Below are positions 1 to 12,522 of a DNA stretch of 64,000 nucleotides, piece after piece. Under the pieces are notes generated by a model. The model searched no databases. It had not been told where the DNA came from and saw nothing but the letters and a program-made list of their open reading frames with translations. Every line of letters begins with the position of its first letter. The stretch's first letter is position 1. The stretch is from Octopus sinensis (lineage: Eukaryota). Made by a program: the position numbers and the translations under genes. Location: the NCBI RefSeq assembly GCF_006345805.1, contig NC_043003.1, positions 17,980,001 to 18,044,000 of the forward strand, written 5' to 3'.

Positions 1-99
1 TCCTTATTAGAAACGTTCTACAATCTCAAACGGTTCTGCCAGCGAGCAGCCTTTGGGTAATTAATGATGGCTTCAAATTTTGGCAGAAGGCCGACAGTT

Positions 100-885
100 T
101 AGGGGAAGGTAAGTCGATTATATCGACCTCAGGACTCAGCTGGTATTTGCTTTATCGACCTCAAGAGGATGAAAGGCAAAGTCAAACTCGACGGAATTTG
201 AACTAACGATTCTCCCAGCTCGCTGCCGTACTGCCCTACCAATAATACTTTCTACTATAGGCACAAGGCTTGAAATTTGGGTGACGGGGATGATCGATTA
301 CATTGACCCCCAGTACTCAACTAGTACTTATTTTGTCTACCCCCGAAGGTAAAGTCGATCTCGGTGATATTTGAACTCAGAAAGTAAAGACGGACGAAAT
401 GCTACTAAGCATTTTGAAGAGCATGTTAACGATTCTGTTAGCTCGCCGTCTTACTGCTCTACTAATAATGATAATATAACAGAATTAAGGCGGCCAGCTG
501 GCAGAATCGTTAGCACGGCGGGCAAAATACTTAGCGGTATTTCGTCTGCCACTACGTTCTGAGTTCAAATTCTGCCGAGGTCGACTTTGCCTTTCATCCT
601 TTCAGGGTCGATTAAATAAGTACCAGTTACGCACTGGGGTCGATGTAATCGACTTAATCCGTTTGTCTGTCCTTGTTTGTTCCCTCTGTGTTTAACCCCT
701 TGTGGGTAGTAAAGAAATAGGTATTTCGCCTGTCTTTAAGTTCTGAGTTCAAATTCCACCGAGGTCGACTTTGCCTTTCATCCTTTCGAGGTCGATAAAT
801 TAATTACCAGTTGCGTATAGAGGTCGATCTAATCGACTGGCCCCCTTCCTAAAAATTTCGCGTCTTGTGCCTTGAGTAGAAAAGA
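100..885. mobile_element. Cluster of SINE family A copies (two on -, one dimer on +)
   Basis: Repeated GTCGACTTTGCCTTTCATCC / GAGTTCAAATTC motifs. Confidence 0.85.
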
Positions 886-1329
886 ATATAACATTGAGTA
901 TTATGGAGGAATACGAGTTAATGGAATTATCTACAATAATAATTAACCAGTTTTATATACATTTCCACCGAGGCACGCAATTAGGTACATAGATTTGAAT
1001 ATTCAGAATTATGACAAAATTTCCATATCTTTTCGTTTTCATATTCCTCTGACAGTGTAACTATTCTGAAAAACAAATCTATGTATGTGTGTATGTGTAC
1101 AACATTTTGTATGTGTGTGCATACATATGCATGTATATATTTATGTATGTGTATATATGTATATAACATTATATATAAATACACACACACACGCGCGCGC
1201 GCGCGCGCACAATACTAGTTATTGAATTACAAAAATTTATTAAAAAGCAAATTTGGATTTTATTACTTTCAATTTTCATTTTCTTAAATTTTCCGTTCAC
1301 ATATATTTGTATTTATTGTACGCTTCTCT

Positions 1330-1402
<73 letters not shown>

Positions 1403-1464
1403 CATCCATCTGACCGTCCGTCCGTTCGTCCGTCCGTCCGTTCGTCCGTCCGTCCGTCCGTACG

Positions 1465-1496
<32 letters not shown>

Positions 1497-1528
1497 CATG
1501 CATGCATGCATGCATGTATGTATGTATG

Positions 1529-1559
<31 letters not shown>

Positions 1560-2489
1560 CATATCGTATAATTATAATATATGAGTCGATTTCTATTTAA
1601 ATGTCGTACATATACAAATAGCGAAACACACCACACAATCACTTATGCGTTCTTTTCTCTTGTTCTTTTACTTGTTTCAATCATTTGACTGCGGCCATGC
1701 TGGAGCACCGCCTTTAGTCGAAAAAATCGACCCCAGGACTTAATCTTTGTAAGCCTAGTACATATTATATCGGTATCTTTTTGCCGAACTGCTAATTGGC
1801 GGGCACGTAAACACACCAACATCTATTGTCAAGCGATGGGAGTGGGTGGGAGCAAACACTGAGACTCACATACATATATTTATATACATATATACAAAGG
1901 GCTTCTGTCAGTTTCTGTCTATCAAATCCACTCATTCCGCCTACAAAATCCACATGGTCGGCCTGAGTCTATAGTAGAAGACTCTTGCCCAAGATGTCAC
2001 GCAGTAGGACTGAACTCGGAACCATGTGGTTGGGAAGCAAGCTTCTTACCATACAGCTTCACACACACACACACATGAATTAAGGCTTCCATTGGTTTCA
2101 TGTTAAGAAGAGTAGGAAAATATCTTAACGTCTTAACAATTTTTCAAGCCGATCACATGAAGATAAATGTTCGCCTTCATTTTGGAAACATTGTCGCTTC
2201 GTTTACGGGGTTTCTCGTAAATTCGCGTAAATAAAACAATGAAGCAATGAATCAAAAGACGTTACTGTTGAGTGGCATCTTTTGGATGTTTGTCTCCCTT
2301 GAATTTGTCTTTCGGGCAAATTTTTTGTGATCATTTGTTTGCATTATTTTGCCTAATTTTGTTTTTGCTCTGGGTATGTTGTTCTTATACTTGTGTGCTA
2401 AGGTAGCTTGTCATTGAGACATATTTCTTTTTTGTTTGAAATTCGTGTGCCCTGTGTGTTCACGTTCCGGAAAAGGGCTATCCTGGTAG

Positions 2490-2990
2490 GATTACCCTCG
2501 CGTATGTGTATTCTTCTTTGAAATATTTGAGTGTAAAATATTGTTTGTGTATGCAGGGAGAGAAGGTCTCATCTCTAATGTTTTGGATGTTACTGATGCT
2601 TGTATAAGGTTTAATTTTTCAGTAATACAGAGTTCACATTTTGTACCCAGTTTTCTGTATATTTTAGCTTCAGCAATAATTTCCCATTCTATCTGGGGTC
2701 TGCTTATTCCACTTTTTGTCAATGTCCATATCGTATTTGACATGGATGTAGTATGTTTTATGACATTTGTCTCTGAATGACGCCAGATGTGTATACATTT
2801 CCTTGAACGAGCTGACCGTCATTCCGATATGCGTCTCTGCCATTCCGCTGGGGTTCGTATATAGCAAATGCTATATACAGACACAAACTGTGAGTCGATA
2901 GCCAGCTAGAAAAGATGTTTTCCTGGGGCTGAAGCAACAGTAACATCGTCATTTATAGGACTGTGCCACGTTATGTTGGCATATAAACAT
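2490..2990 (-). mobile_element. Penelope-like element fragment (GIY-YIG C-terminal half)
   Basis: ORFs 2670-2867 (ETHIGMTVSSFKE...HLASF) and 2492-2743 (IW.L......IEWEIIAEAKIY...KCELCITEK) show the PLE endonuclease pattern. Abuts (TA)n at about 2995. Confidence 0.75.
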
Positions 2991-3028
<38 letters not shown>

Positions 3029-3070
3029 GAATAGGTAAATAAATGGAGTTAAACGAAGATATTATTAAAA

Positions 3071-3165
3071 TTCTTTTACTTTCGACATATGTTTCGAAGA
3101 CAATATGGTTTTATTCCAAAGGAATAAACGGTGTAAGATGCAATCTTCTCATCAGGAAAGAAAGA
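3071..3165 (-). ncRNA. Type I hammerhead ribozyme motif with intact core
   Basis: Minus strand reads CTTTC-CTGATGA-GAAGAT...TTATTCC ttt GGAATAA...GTCTTC-GAAA-C atat G-TC-GAAAG. All core nucleotides are present; predicted cleavage between 3084 and 3083. Confidence 0.85.
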
Positions 3166-3535
3166 GAGCCTCTCTCAACAACAAGACATTATAACAATTA
3201 CGATGTCTGCCTACATGATAAACAGAACGATATATATTCTGCCAGTCCATTGCCTTCGTAATGATGATAGCAATGCTTTTTACTATGGGCACAAGATCTG
3301 AAATTTGTGGGAGAGGGCTCGTCGATTATGTAGACACCAATACTCGACCCCGAAAGAACGAAAGGCAAAATCGACCTCAGCAGAATTTGAACTTGAAAAA
3401 CATGAAGCCGGTAGAAATGCCGCTAAGTATTTTTTTTTCGGCATGTTAACAATTCTTATTTCACACACCAACTTTCTCACCTATATATATATATATATAT
3501 ATATATAATATGATATGATATATATATATATATAT

Positions 3536-3572
<37 letters not shown>

Positions 3573-3772
3573 GTATATATATAATATATATAATATATAT
3601 ATAATATATGTATATATATATATGTATATATAATATATATATATAATATATATAATATATATATAATATTATATATATATATATATATATATAATACATA
3701 CATATATATGTATATATATATTATATATATATATATATATACATACATACATATATATATAATATATATATA

Positions 3773-3803
<31 letters not shown>

Positions 3804-4575
3804 ATATGATATGATATATATATATATATATATATAATACAAATAAGAAAATGGAGAAACAAATTTAGTTTGTTCATCAACTTTCAGATATTAGAATGCT
3901 GGATTATTTATTCCAGCATTCTAATATCCGAAAGTTGATGAACAAACTACATTTATTTCTCCATTTCCTTATTTGTATTATAAATTTACGGTAAAAATAT
4001 TTCTTTACCTTCACCCATTTAATACAATAAATGAGTTAATTGCATTGCAATTAAAAACATTTATGTATTAAGAATCTGGGTTCTTTACCAACAGTATATT
4101 GGATAAATACTATCCCTTAGTGGGTTACACCCATAACCCCCTAACTTACATTGTGTTATATATATATATGAATTCTTTATTTTGTCTTTTCGTTTTAGTC
4201 TACTTTAAGTCAAACATAATTCTGAAAAGCGTTTAATACATATAATGTCTATAACATATTTGTAATATTTATAATATTATATAATGTAATTATTTGAAGC
4301 ATTGACACAAGGCCTGCACTTTTGAAGTGGTTAGATCGATATCATTGGCTCCAGTTCTTGATTAATGGTTTTGGGCCTCGAAGAAGATTTATTGTCTGCT
4401 ATCCAGACAAATGGTGCTGTACTAAACTAGATTGAGTACGCTGATTCCGAATTTAAACTCAAAATTGCTGTAGTACGTCAGGATTTTGAGTTATGCGTAT
4501 AATTATATATTAATACCATATTAGAATCAGAAATAGTTAAATTCAAGGTAAATAATTATTATAATAGTATATTAG

Positions 4576-4746
4576 TAGGTGCAGGAGTGGCTGTGTGGTA
4601 CGTAGCTTGTTTACCAACCACATGGTTTCGGGTTCAGTCCCAGTGTGGCACCTTGGGCAAGTGTCTTCTACTATAGCCTCGGGTAGAATTTGGTAGACGG
4701 AAGCTGAAAGAATCCCGTCGTATATATGTATGTGTGTGTGTGTGTG

Positions 4747-4780
<34 letters not shown>

Positions 4781-5094
4781 TGTATGTATGTATGTATGTA
4801 TGTGTGTGTGTATGTATGTATGTGTGTGTATGTATGTGTGTATGTATGTATGTATGTTTATTTGTATGTATGTGTGTGTATATGTTTGTGAGTCTGTGTT
4901 TTCCCCCACCCCACCCCCATCGCTTGACAACCGATGCTGGTGTGTTTTCGTCCCCGTAACTTAGCGGTTCGGCAAAAGAGGCAGATAGAATAAGTACTAG
5001 GCTCACAAAGAATAAGTCCTGGGATCGATTTGCTCGACTAAAAGCAGTGCTCCAACATGGCGGCAGTCAAATGACTGAAACAAGTAAAAGAGTA
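4576..5094 (+). mobile_element. tRNA/CORE-like SINE family B with an internal microsatellite (further copies or fragments near 1655-, 15230+, 18125-, 21003-, 21295+, 25864+, 35455-, 44023+, 44685-, 45290+, 52575-, 54020-)
   Basis: tRNA-like head GCAGGAGTGGCTGTGTGGT...GGTTCAGTCCC; CORE-like ACCTTGGGCAAGTGTCTT; (TATG/TG)n centre; 3' part ending GACTGAAACAAGTAAAAGAGTA. Confidence 0.88.
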
Positions 5095-5330
5095 ACCATC
5101 TCATTTCATCTCAGCTTTTTCACCCATAAATTTCTAGTAAGGTCTTGGGGAAAGAGTCCTCAAGCTTGCCCTCTATCAGGTCCTATCAGAAGCAACGGTC
5201 TCCAGTTAACTCGGCTGGTTCCCCAAGCGTGACCAATTGAGCTCATGGATGTTATCCGACCATCTTGTTCACGGTCTACCCCTGGGTCTCCTGCCGATTG
5301 GTTTTACCCGTAAAATCTGTCCAGCGAGTA
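5095..5330 (-). mobile_element. RTE-type LINE C-terminal fragment
   Basis: Minus strand reads KPIGRRPRGRP*TRWSDNI, the G.R.RGRP..RW.D motif. Confidence 0.65.
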
Positions 5331-5777
5331 TACACACACGCGTGCGAACACACACACCAAGAGCAAAGTCATACAGATTTGCATTATGAAAGAAATTAAC
5401 CAGCATCCAATATTTCACAAACTTAAACAATATTTTGGCTCACAACGGAGATGCTGAAGTTGATATTCATTACAGAATTGAGAAAGTATCAGCAGTGTTG
5501 TCATCAACATGTTGTTAGATCCCTGTCGTTCGATGTTGAGAATTCAGAACTATCTGCTACCAAATTTACTTGCAAATGGATGAGAATCCAACAGACACGT
5601 GTAGCCTTAACTTAAATCATAGCTAATGAATCTCTGAGTTACAATGTGGCACACGACTATATGAATAGGAATTATAAATGAAATCTATCAGAGGGGCTTC
5701 TACATAGTTTTCATTTACTATAAGGTAGACGAAGAAGTCTATAGAGAATACCCTTTTCTTGAGCTGCTGTAAGCGAA

Positions 5778-5872
5778 ATTGAACACGTGACCTTGTGACT
5801 GCGAGTCGCATTGAACACGTGATCTTGTGGCTGTGAGACGCATTGAACACGTGACCTTGTAGCTGCGATGCG
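5778..5872. repeat. 32-bp minisatellite x3 (ATTGAACACGTGACCTTGT...)
   Basis: Units start at 5778, 5810 and 5842. Confidence 0.9.
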
Positions 5873-6314
5873 AACTTCTTAAACATTCGGCCATGTTGTA
5901 TAAGTGCAGTTATATTAATATTATATTAGATGCATACTAACTCTTCGATAGATATATTCTCAATTGCATACTCTATACACACATACAGATGCGAACAATA
6001 TTCTGCAAATAAATGTATATTAAATGGGAAATGTAAGCAACTGGAAATGTTGGCAAATAAAGATGGTTTGGCTGAAATTTATTGCTAAGCGAAAATATTA
6101 TTTTGTAAGAAACAAATATTGAATGAATTTCATTGATGACTATCCTTTGAAAAGTGCAATGGAACTTGAATCGAAAATATTAGTTATTAGAACAGCGCCA
6201 TTGTAGGGTAATTGTTGAAAGTGAAGAAATTGCCTGTTTAAAGAAAGAAACCAAATTATATTGATAAACTCGAAGAAGTAATGAAATAGTAATGATAATA
6301 ATAATGACTACAAA

Positions 6315-7240
6315 TTTTGGCACAAAGCCAGAAAGTTCAGGATATGAGGTAAGTCGATTGCAAGGACCCCAGTGTTCAAATGGTACTTACTTTTTCGACC
6401 CCGAAGGGATGAAAGGCTAAGTCGACTTCGGTGGAATTTGAACTCAGCACGTAAAGACGGATGAAATATCGCGATGCATTTCGCTCACCTTGCTAACGAT
6501 TATGCCAGTCTGTTGCCTTCGTAATGATGATAGTAATGCTTTCTACTTTCGGCACAAGACCTGAAATTTGTGGGAAAGGGCTCGTCGATTATGTAGACCC
6601 CAGTACTCGACCCCAAATGGACGAAAGGCAAAATCGACCTCAGCAGAATTTGAACTTAACACGTGAAGCCGGTGGAAATGCCGCTAAGTATTTTTTTTCG
6701 GCATGTTAACGATTCTTATTTCTTTACTGTCCACAAGGGCTACACACAGAGGGGACAAACAAGGACAGACAAACGGATTAAGTCAATTATATCGGCCCCA
6801 GTGCGTAACTGGTACTTATTTGGTCGACCCCGAAAGGATGAAAAGCAAAGTCGACCTCGGCGGAATTTGAACTCAGAACGTAGCGGCAGACGAAATACCG
6901 CTAAGCATTTCGACCGCGTGCTAACGTTTCTGCCAGCTCGCCGCCTTTTTTTAAGCATTTCGCCCAGGGTGCTAACGTTTCTGCCAGCTCGATGCCTTAA
7001 AATATATATTTCTTTACTACCCAAAAGGGGCTAAACACAGAGAGGACAAACAAGGATATACAAACGGATTAAGTCGATTACATCGACCCCAGTGCATAAC
7101 TGATACTTATTTAATCGACCCCGAAAGGATGAAAGGCAAAGTCAACCTCGGCGGAATTTGAACTCAGAACGTAACGGCAGACGAAATACCGCTAAGCCTT
7201 TCGCCCGGCGTGCTAGAGATTCCGCCAGCCCATCACCTTA
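6315..7240 (-). mobile_element. Cluster of four SINE family A copies plus a partial head
   Basis: Four head-to-tail minus-strand copies; duplicated head at about 6900-6995. Confidence 0.85.
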
Positions 7241-7792
7241 ATTAAAAAGATATATTAAGCAAATTTAATTGACGAATGTCGCCTCAAAAGTGAAATGAAC
7301 TTGAATCAAATCTATTAGTTATTGGCACAACGCATACTGGTTGCTGGAAGTGAAGAAATTACCTACTTCAAAGAAAGAAACCAAATTATATCCATGATAT
7401 CAAAAAAAGCCATGCAATAATAATGTTGATAATAATAACAGTAAAAATATTTATAGATTTCTACATATGTATTGAGGGAACTGCAACCGATTGTGTCTTC
7501 TGTCGAGAAATCGTTATGACATCAAAGTGATTATCGCGGACAGAAATGACAACATTTTGATTGGCCATAATCGTTGGACCCACCCAGAATTCTGTACAGA
7601 AACTTAGCTCTTTTAATTACACACACACACACACACACGTATTTGTATATAAAAGGCAATTTGTTTAAATCTGTCAATACATACCGTTTAGCTAAAACCA
7701 ATAGATATATTTGGCAGAACAGTATAGCATTAAAGCAAAACACTATTAACGAGTTACCAAGGTAACAGCAAATACATACATACATACATACA

Positions 7793-7823
<31 letters not shown>

Positions 7824-8533
7824 TGATTGTTATAGTATACGCTATTATAGATCCATTTCAGCCGATCATATGAATTTCCATCATACAAATTAGATAATTA
7901 AGCGACTACCTAAGACTGCGTTTGTTTGGGTGGCTGGAATGGGAAATATGGTGACGACGATTCTCTGCAACTAGACGTTAGTAAGAGTCGCATCCGGTTG
8001 TAGATGCTGTCGAAAAACGGAACGAACCCGTTAAAGAATTTTGGAAAGGAATTCCCTCGAGAGATATGTCGTTTGCCTCCCAACACCGAAAAAAAAAAGG
8101 AGTAAAACCCGAATGAGTGGGGTTTGAGTGCGAGCAGTATAGGGTTTATTTGTGAACATAGATGGTGGTGGAAAGAAGAGAAAAGTAGCGTGCCTAATCT
8201 GAAAACTACGTGTGGATGTGTGTATATATATATATATTATATATATATATGGGCCTTCGTGTAAATTTGGGTGTGGTCAACCCATTGCTGAACTCTCAGT
8301 CTGTGGCAGTGGAGGGGGACAGATGGTGGAAGTTTTAATGCTTATAATAACGATGAAGTCGGCAGGTAAATCAATCTCATATCTCCTGTCATGTGGACAT
8401 GCGTCCAAAACATCGCTTTTGCAGTTTGGGTAAGTGTTCGGTTGAAGAGTGTTCTTAGTATAGTTGAATGTTTTCTGGTTTTTTTACAGGTATCATGAAA
8501 TATGTATATCTGCATTACTAATCCATTGTGAAT

Positions 8534-8608
<75 letters not shown>

Positions 8609-8909
8609 CGTGAGTGCGTGCGTATGTACGTATATATGGATATACGCGTGCATGTATATATATGTGTGTGTTGGAAGGTGCAGGAACAATGTAGAATAGG
8701 AGTAGCCGAATAGAAGAAGAGTTGAATAAAGCATTAGATTAAGGAACTCAAAATATATAAAGTAACATATAAAAGTGAAAATGAAGATGAAATGAAATGA
8801 AATAAACATCAAAAATCAAATAAAATAGATTTAAGACCCCATAACATATAATATAACAAGAGCACTCAGAGAGCGCAAACCTCTGTCAACGCAACACCAA
8901 CGTCCTCTC

Positions 8910-9009
8910 NNNNNNNNNNNNNNNNNNNNNNNNNNNNNNNNNNNNNNNNNNNNNNNNNNNNNNNNNNNNNNNNNNNNNNNNNNNNNNNNNNNNNNNNNNN
9001 NNNNNNNNN
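8910..9009. other. Assembly gap (100 N)
   Basis: Run of N; true size and contiguity across it are unknown. Confidence 1.
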
Positions 9010-10800
9010 CAAAAGAAGTCGTAAATCACCACGCTGTAGTACGTCCGGTCGGTTTCTGTTTTTAGCAAAAATTTGGTTTACCTTCTCCACCAGGTATGAT
9101 GATGGGACTGCAATGAAAAATAGCCTTGCTTCATTCCACAGTAAAGAAAATTTCCCACTGCAATGCAGCCACATTTCACACAGGCCTTGATTTTCAAAAA
9201 TCCTCTTTCCTTCTTCGTCACATTGTAGCTTGACAATGTCCTCCTGCAAATCAATTTTTTGTTCCTCTGCTTTGCACATAAATGGGTTCTTTACCTAGTC
9301 AAGAATATTCAGTTCAATCAAATCTTTAAATCTTGTCTAAAAGTCATCACTGAGTTGCTGTAGACGTGCACAATAGACTCTCAGATCATATCCAGTAAAT
9401 ACATGGGAAATGCTTTCATGGACAGAAACTGACAAAATTCTTTCCTTTCCAGGTTTTCTTTGTACATATTGAATATGTTTATGAAACTGTTGATTGCGAT
9501 TTTTGCTTGAATGAGGGTGAAATTATTCGCTCGCAGTTGCAAATTTAGAATATTCTTCATCATTTTCTTCACATAATTGACAGAACAGTCTGGTGTTTGA
9601 AGCCTGAACTTTGATTTTGTTGACAACAGATATTATTACAGCTAGGTTAAGACGGCGAGCTCGCAGAAACGTTAGCACGCCGGGCGAAATGCTTAGCAGT
9701 ATTTCGTCTGCCGCTACGCCCTGAGTTCAAATTCCGCCGAGGTCGACTTTGCCTTTCATCCTTTCGGGTCGATTAAATAAGTACCAGTTACGCACTGGGG
9801 TCGATGTAATTGACTTAATCCGTTTGTCTGTCCTTGTTTGTCCCCTCTGTGTTTGGCCCCTTGTGGGTAGTAAAGAAATAGGTATGTTCTGAGTTCAAAT
9901 TCCGCCGAGGTCGACTTTGCCTTTATTCCTTTTGGGGTCTATAAATTAAGTACCAGTTGCGTACTGGGGTCGATCTAATCGACTGGCCCTCTCCCCAAAA
10001 ATTTCGGGCCATGTGCCTAGAATAGAAAAGATTATTATGGAAGAGAATCGTCAAGCATTTTCGCAACGAGATGTTTCCGGTGAATTACACAGTGTACTGC
10101 ACTTCTTTTTTCGTATGTGGCACCAGAACAGCTTGACGACCTGTCATAGATAGTGCACCATCAGTTGTGCACAATATCATATTGCTGAAGGGAATACAGT
10201 TCTTTTCGAAATAAGCTTTCAATGCTTCTTGTATTGTCTCTCCCTTTGAATAGTTCTCCAATGATTTACAAATAAACAATCTTCATAAATTTTCTTTTCT
10301 TTAATAAAGCGGACATAAGCTATCAGTAATGCTTCATTTCCTCGTACAGAATCCAGTCTTTCGGAGTTCCAAACACAACTGATTTTCAATATCTTCACTC
10401 ATTTTATCAATTCGACGAGATACGATGTTGTTGCAAAGGGGAATTAATTTCAAAAAACTTCGTATCAACTTTAAGAACAGCTGGAAGAATTTCGGAGACA
10501 GGCCATTATCAGAATTTTTCCAATTGTGTGCGGTTTTCCACATTTAGCTATAAACTTTGATATCCTGTATGAAGCAATGATACCATTCTCAATTTCGGGC
10601 TCAAGTGTTTTAAACATATTTAGGGTAGGGCGTCTTGCAAATGCCTCATTCATTCTTTGTAATTTTAATAAAGCATATGTGCTTTTTTCAGGGTGTCTTT
10701 TGTTTTTTGAAAGGTACTCCATTAGACGTGACGGTTTCGTAGCTTCATTTGACAATATATTTTCACAGAAAAGACACATCAGTCGCCGATGATCGGGAGG
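9010..10800 (-). pseudogene. hAT (Charlie/ZBED8/SCAND3-like) transposase relic, interrupted by a SINE dimer and by the assembly gap
   Basis: Frameshifted segments: BED finger CLFC..ILSNEATKPSRL..HPEK; SY.ISK.IAK.GKPHTIG; PL..N.VSRRI..MSED; CTTDGA.SM.G. Confidence 0.85.
9648..10032 (+). mobile_element. SINE family A dimer inserted into the hAT relic
   Basis: Head plus body, then junction AAAGAAATAGGTAT into a second body. Confidence 0.85.
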
Positions 10801-11369
10801 TAAAGCAATAAATCCATATTGGAAGTAGTTCTACATGATATTGCCAAACTTCGTTGGTAGTTTTTCTGTGTTTTGATGGATTAGCAGTAATAACTGGGTA
10901 GTTTTTTTCTGTTTTGATGGATTAGCAGTAGTAACTGAATCATGTCAATAATCCCGCTTGCTCATAATAGCAAAATAACTGAAAAAAAAAGAAAATCTTA
11001 ATAAGCAATGTTCAAACGAAATACCGGTATGTTCAATAAAAAATTTTAAAAGTATGCTTTTTCATCATGCACTGTAGTGCACAATATGTCGGATTTTATA
11101 AATGTGACAGTCTCCTACGACTCGATAGCCCTACATCAGTGTCTGGGTAAGGTTCTTTCATTAAAAAAAATTTTAATGTAACCCTAATACCCTTTTTATA
11201 GGCCACTACCTAAGCAGGCATTGCCTTTGATATAAAGCAAAGCGCTTCGATATTTTTCAGTTAGCTCCCCTATTTTATAAATCAGCCTAACGATCACAGT
11301 ATTCAGGATGTATTATGGACTTATCTTTGAAAAAGAAAATAGCAGGCTCGAACTAGAATAATGGTTGTT

Positions 11370-11560
11370 AGACATCCTACTTACGATGAATGCATACCTT
11401 GATGGTTTCCTGCGAGAGAAAGAGTTCAAAAATCAAACCGATGCTGAAAGTGCGTTCAAAGAGTTCATCAGCTCCAAGAACTCCAGATTTTTATGTTACC
11501 AGAATAAACAAACTTTGAACTCGTTGGCAAAAATGTGTTGATTGTAATGGTAATTCAGAA
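11370..11560 (+). mobile_element. Mariner C-terminal fragment
   Basis: Degenerate F.NQTDAESAFKEFI...RWQKCVDCNG. Confidence 0.6.
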
Positions 11561-11719
11561 TTTCTTCTCTCTTATTTATATCTTTATATCTCGTTATTCT
11601 GTTTTCGTGTTTATTACCATATCCTCTATATGGTTTATGCTATGACAAACTAAGGAGCTTTTTTATGAATACTACCGGATTACTTGAATCCATATAGCGT
11701 GACTTTAATGTGTATATAG

Positions 11720-12345
11720 TGGTTGTCTACTCTTTATGCAGAGTCTGACCACCTCTTGTACCTACACCTTAAATCCATCATGGTGTTTGATGTGGGATTT
11801 TTAAACCAGACAATGTATTGAAACCTACATAGATTGCATATCCGATTTGGACCACCAAGAGCTGCAGTTAAGTTCTGATCTTTGTGAATCTTAAATTGTC
11901 ATTTGACAATTTCCGTAAGATTTGCAGACACTGAATTGAAAGGTGTGTACAGATATATAGGCAAAATAGTTGGTGGAGGTTCGTTTTCCATGGGTCCGCA
12001 AATGAGATTTGAGCCCAGCAAAAGAAAGGCATGGTCTGTCACAAACTGTGCACACAAAAAGGTCACTGAGATACACTTTTTCGATCGCAACATTCTTCTT
12101 TGAATCTTTCTTGAGTCTTGCATGTCTCATCCTGGCCTTCTCAAAAACTTTCACCCCACCCCACACTTTTGTTCGCCATCAAGCTTGATGCAAAGCAAGG
12201 GTTTCTGTGGCCTTTGGATCCATTCCAAAAGACTTCATTGTAATCCTTATACAGTCCTTAAACAGCTTTGCAATCTTCTTGTTAGGAAGGAGTTGGTTTC
12301 TAAGAGATACAAAGCTCCACCACTGAAATCTAGATAGCAAAAGCA
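11720..12345 (-). mobile_element. RTE-type LINE 3' fragment with a C-terminal C2H2-like motif
   Basis: CTVCDRPCLSFAGLKSHLRTH. Confidence 0.7.
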
Positions 12346-12522
12346 GACTCACATTTTTGAATCTGAAAAAAATCTTGTGTATTTTTATTGTTCCATTAAC
12401 AGATTATGTGAAGGTGCATGGCTTAGTGAATAGGGTATATATATATATATTGTTGGTAAAAACGGTAAGATAACAAAAGAAAGAAAGAGACCTCAATATT
12501 ATGTAAATAGAGGAAATTTATC

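Noticed and set aside
2080-2200. Possible very degenerate hammerhead downstream of the GIY-YIG relic
   Set aside because: A good stem II exists (TGTTAAGA/TCTTAACA), but three or more core positions including the UH site are wrong; too weak to call.
8212-8433. 73-aa ORF as an upstream coding exon of the ETS gene
   Set aside because: Its donors are phase 1 or 2 in that frame, whereas exon 1 needs phase 0 to stay in frame. Kept only as a possible non-coding exon.
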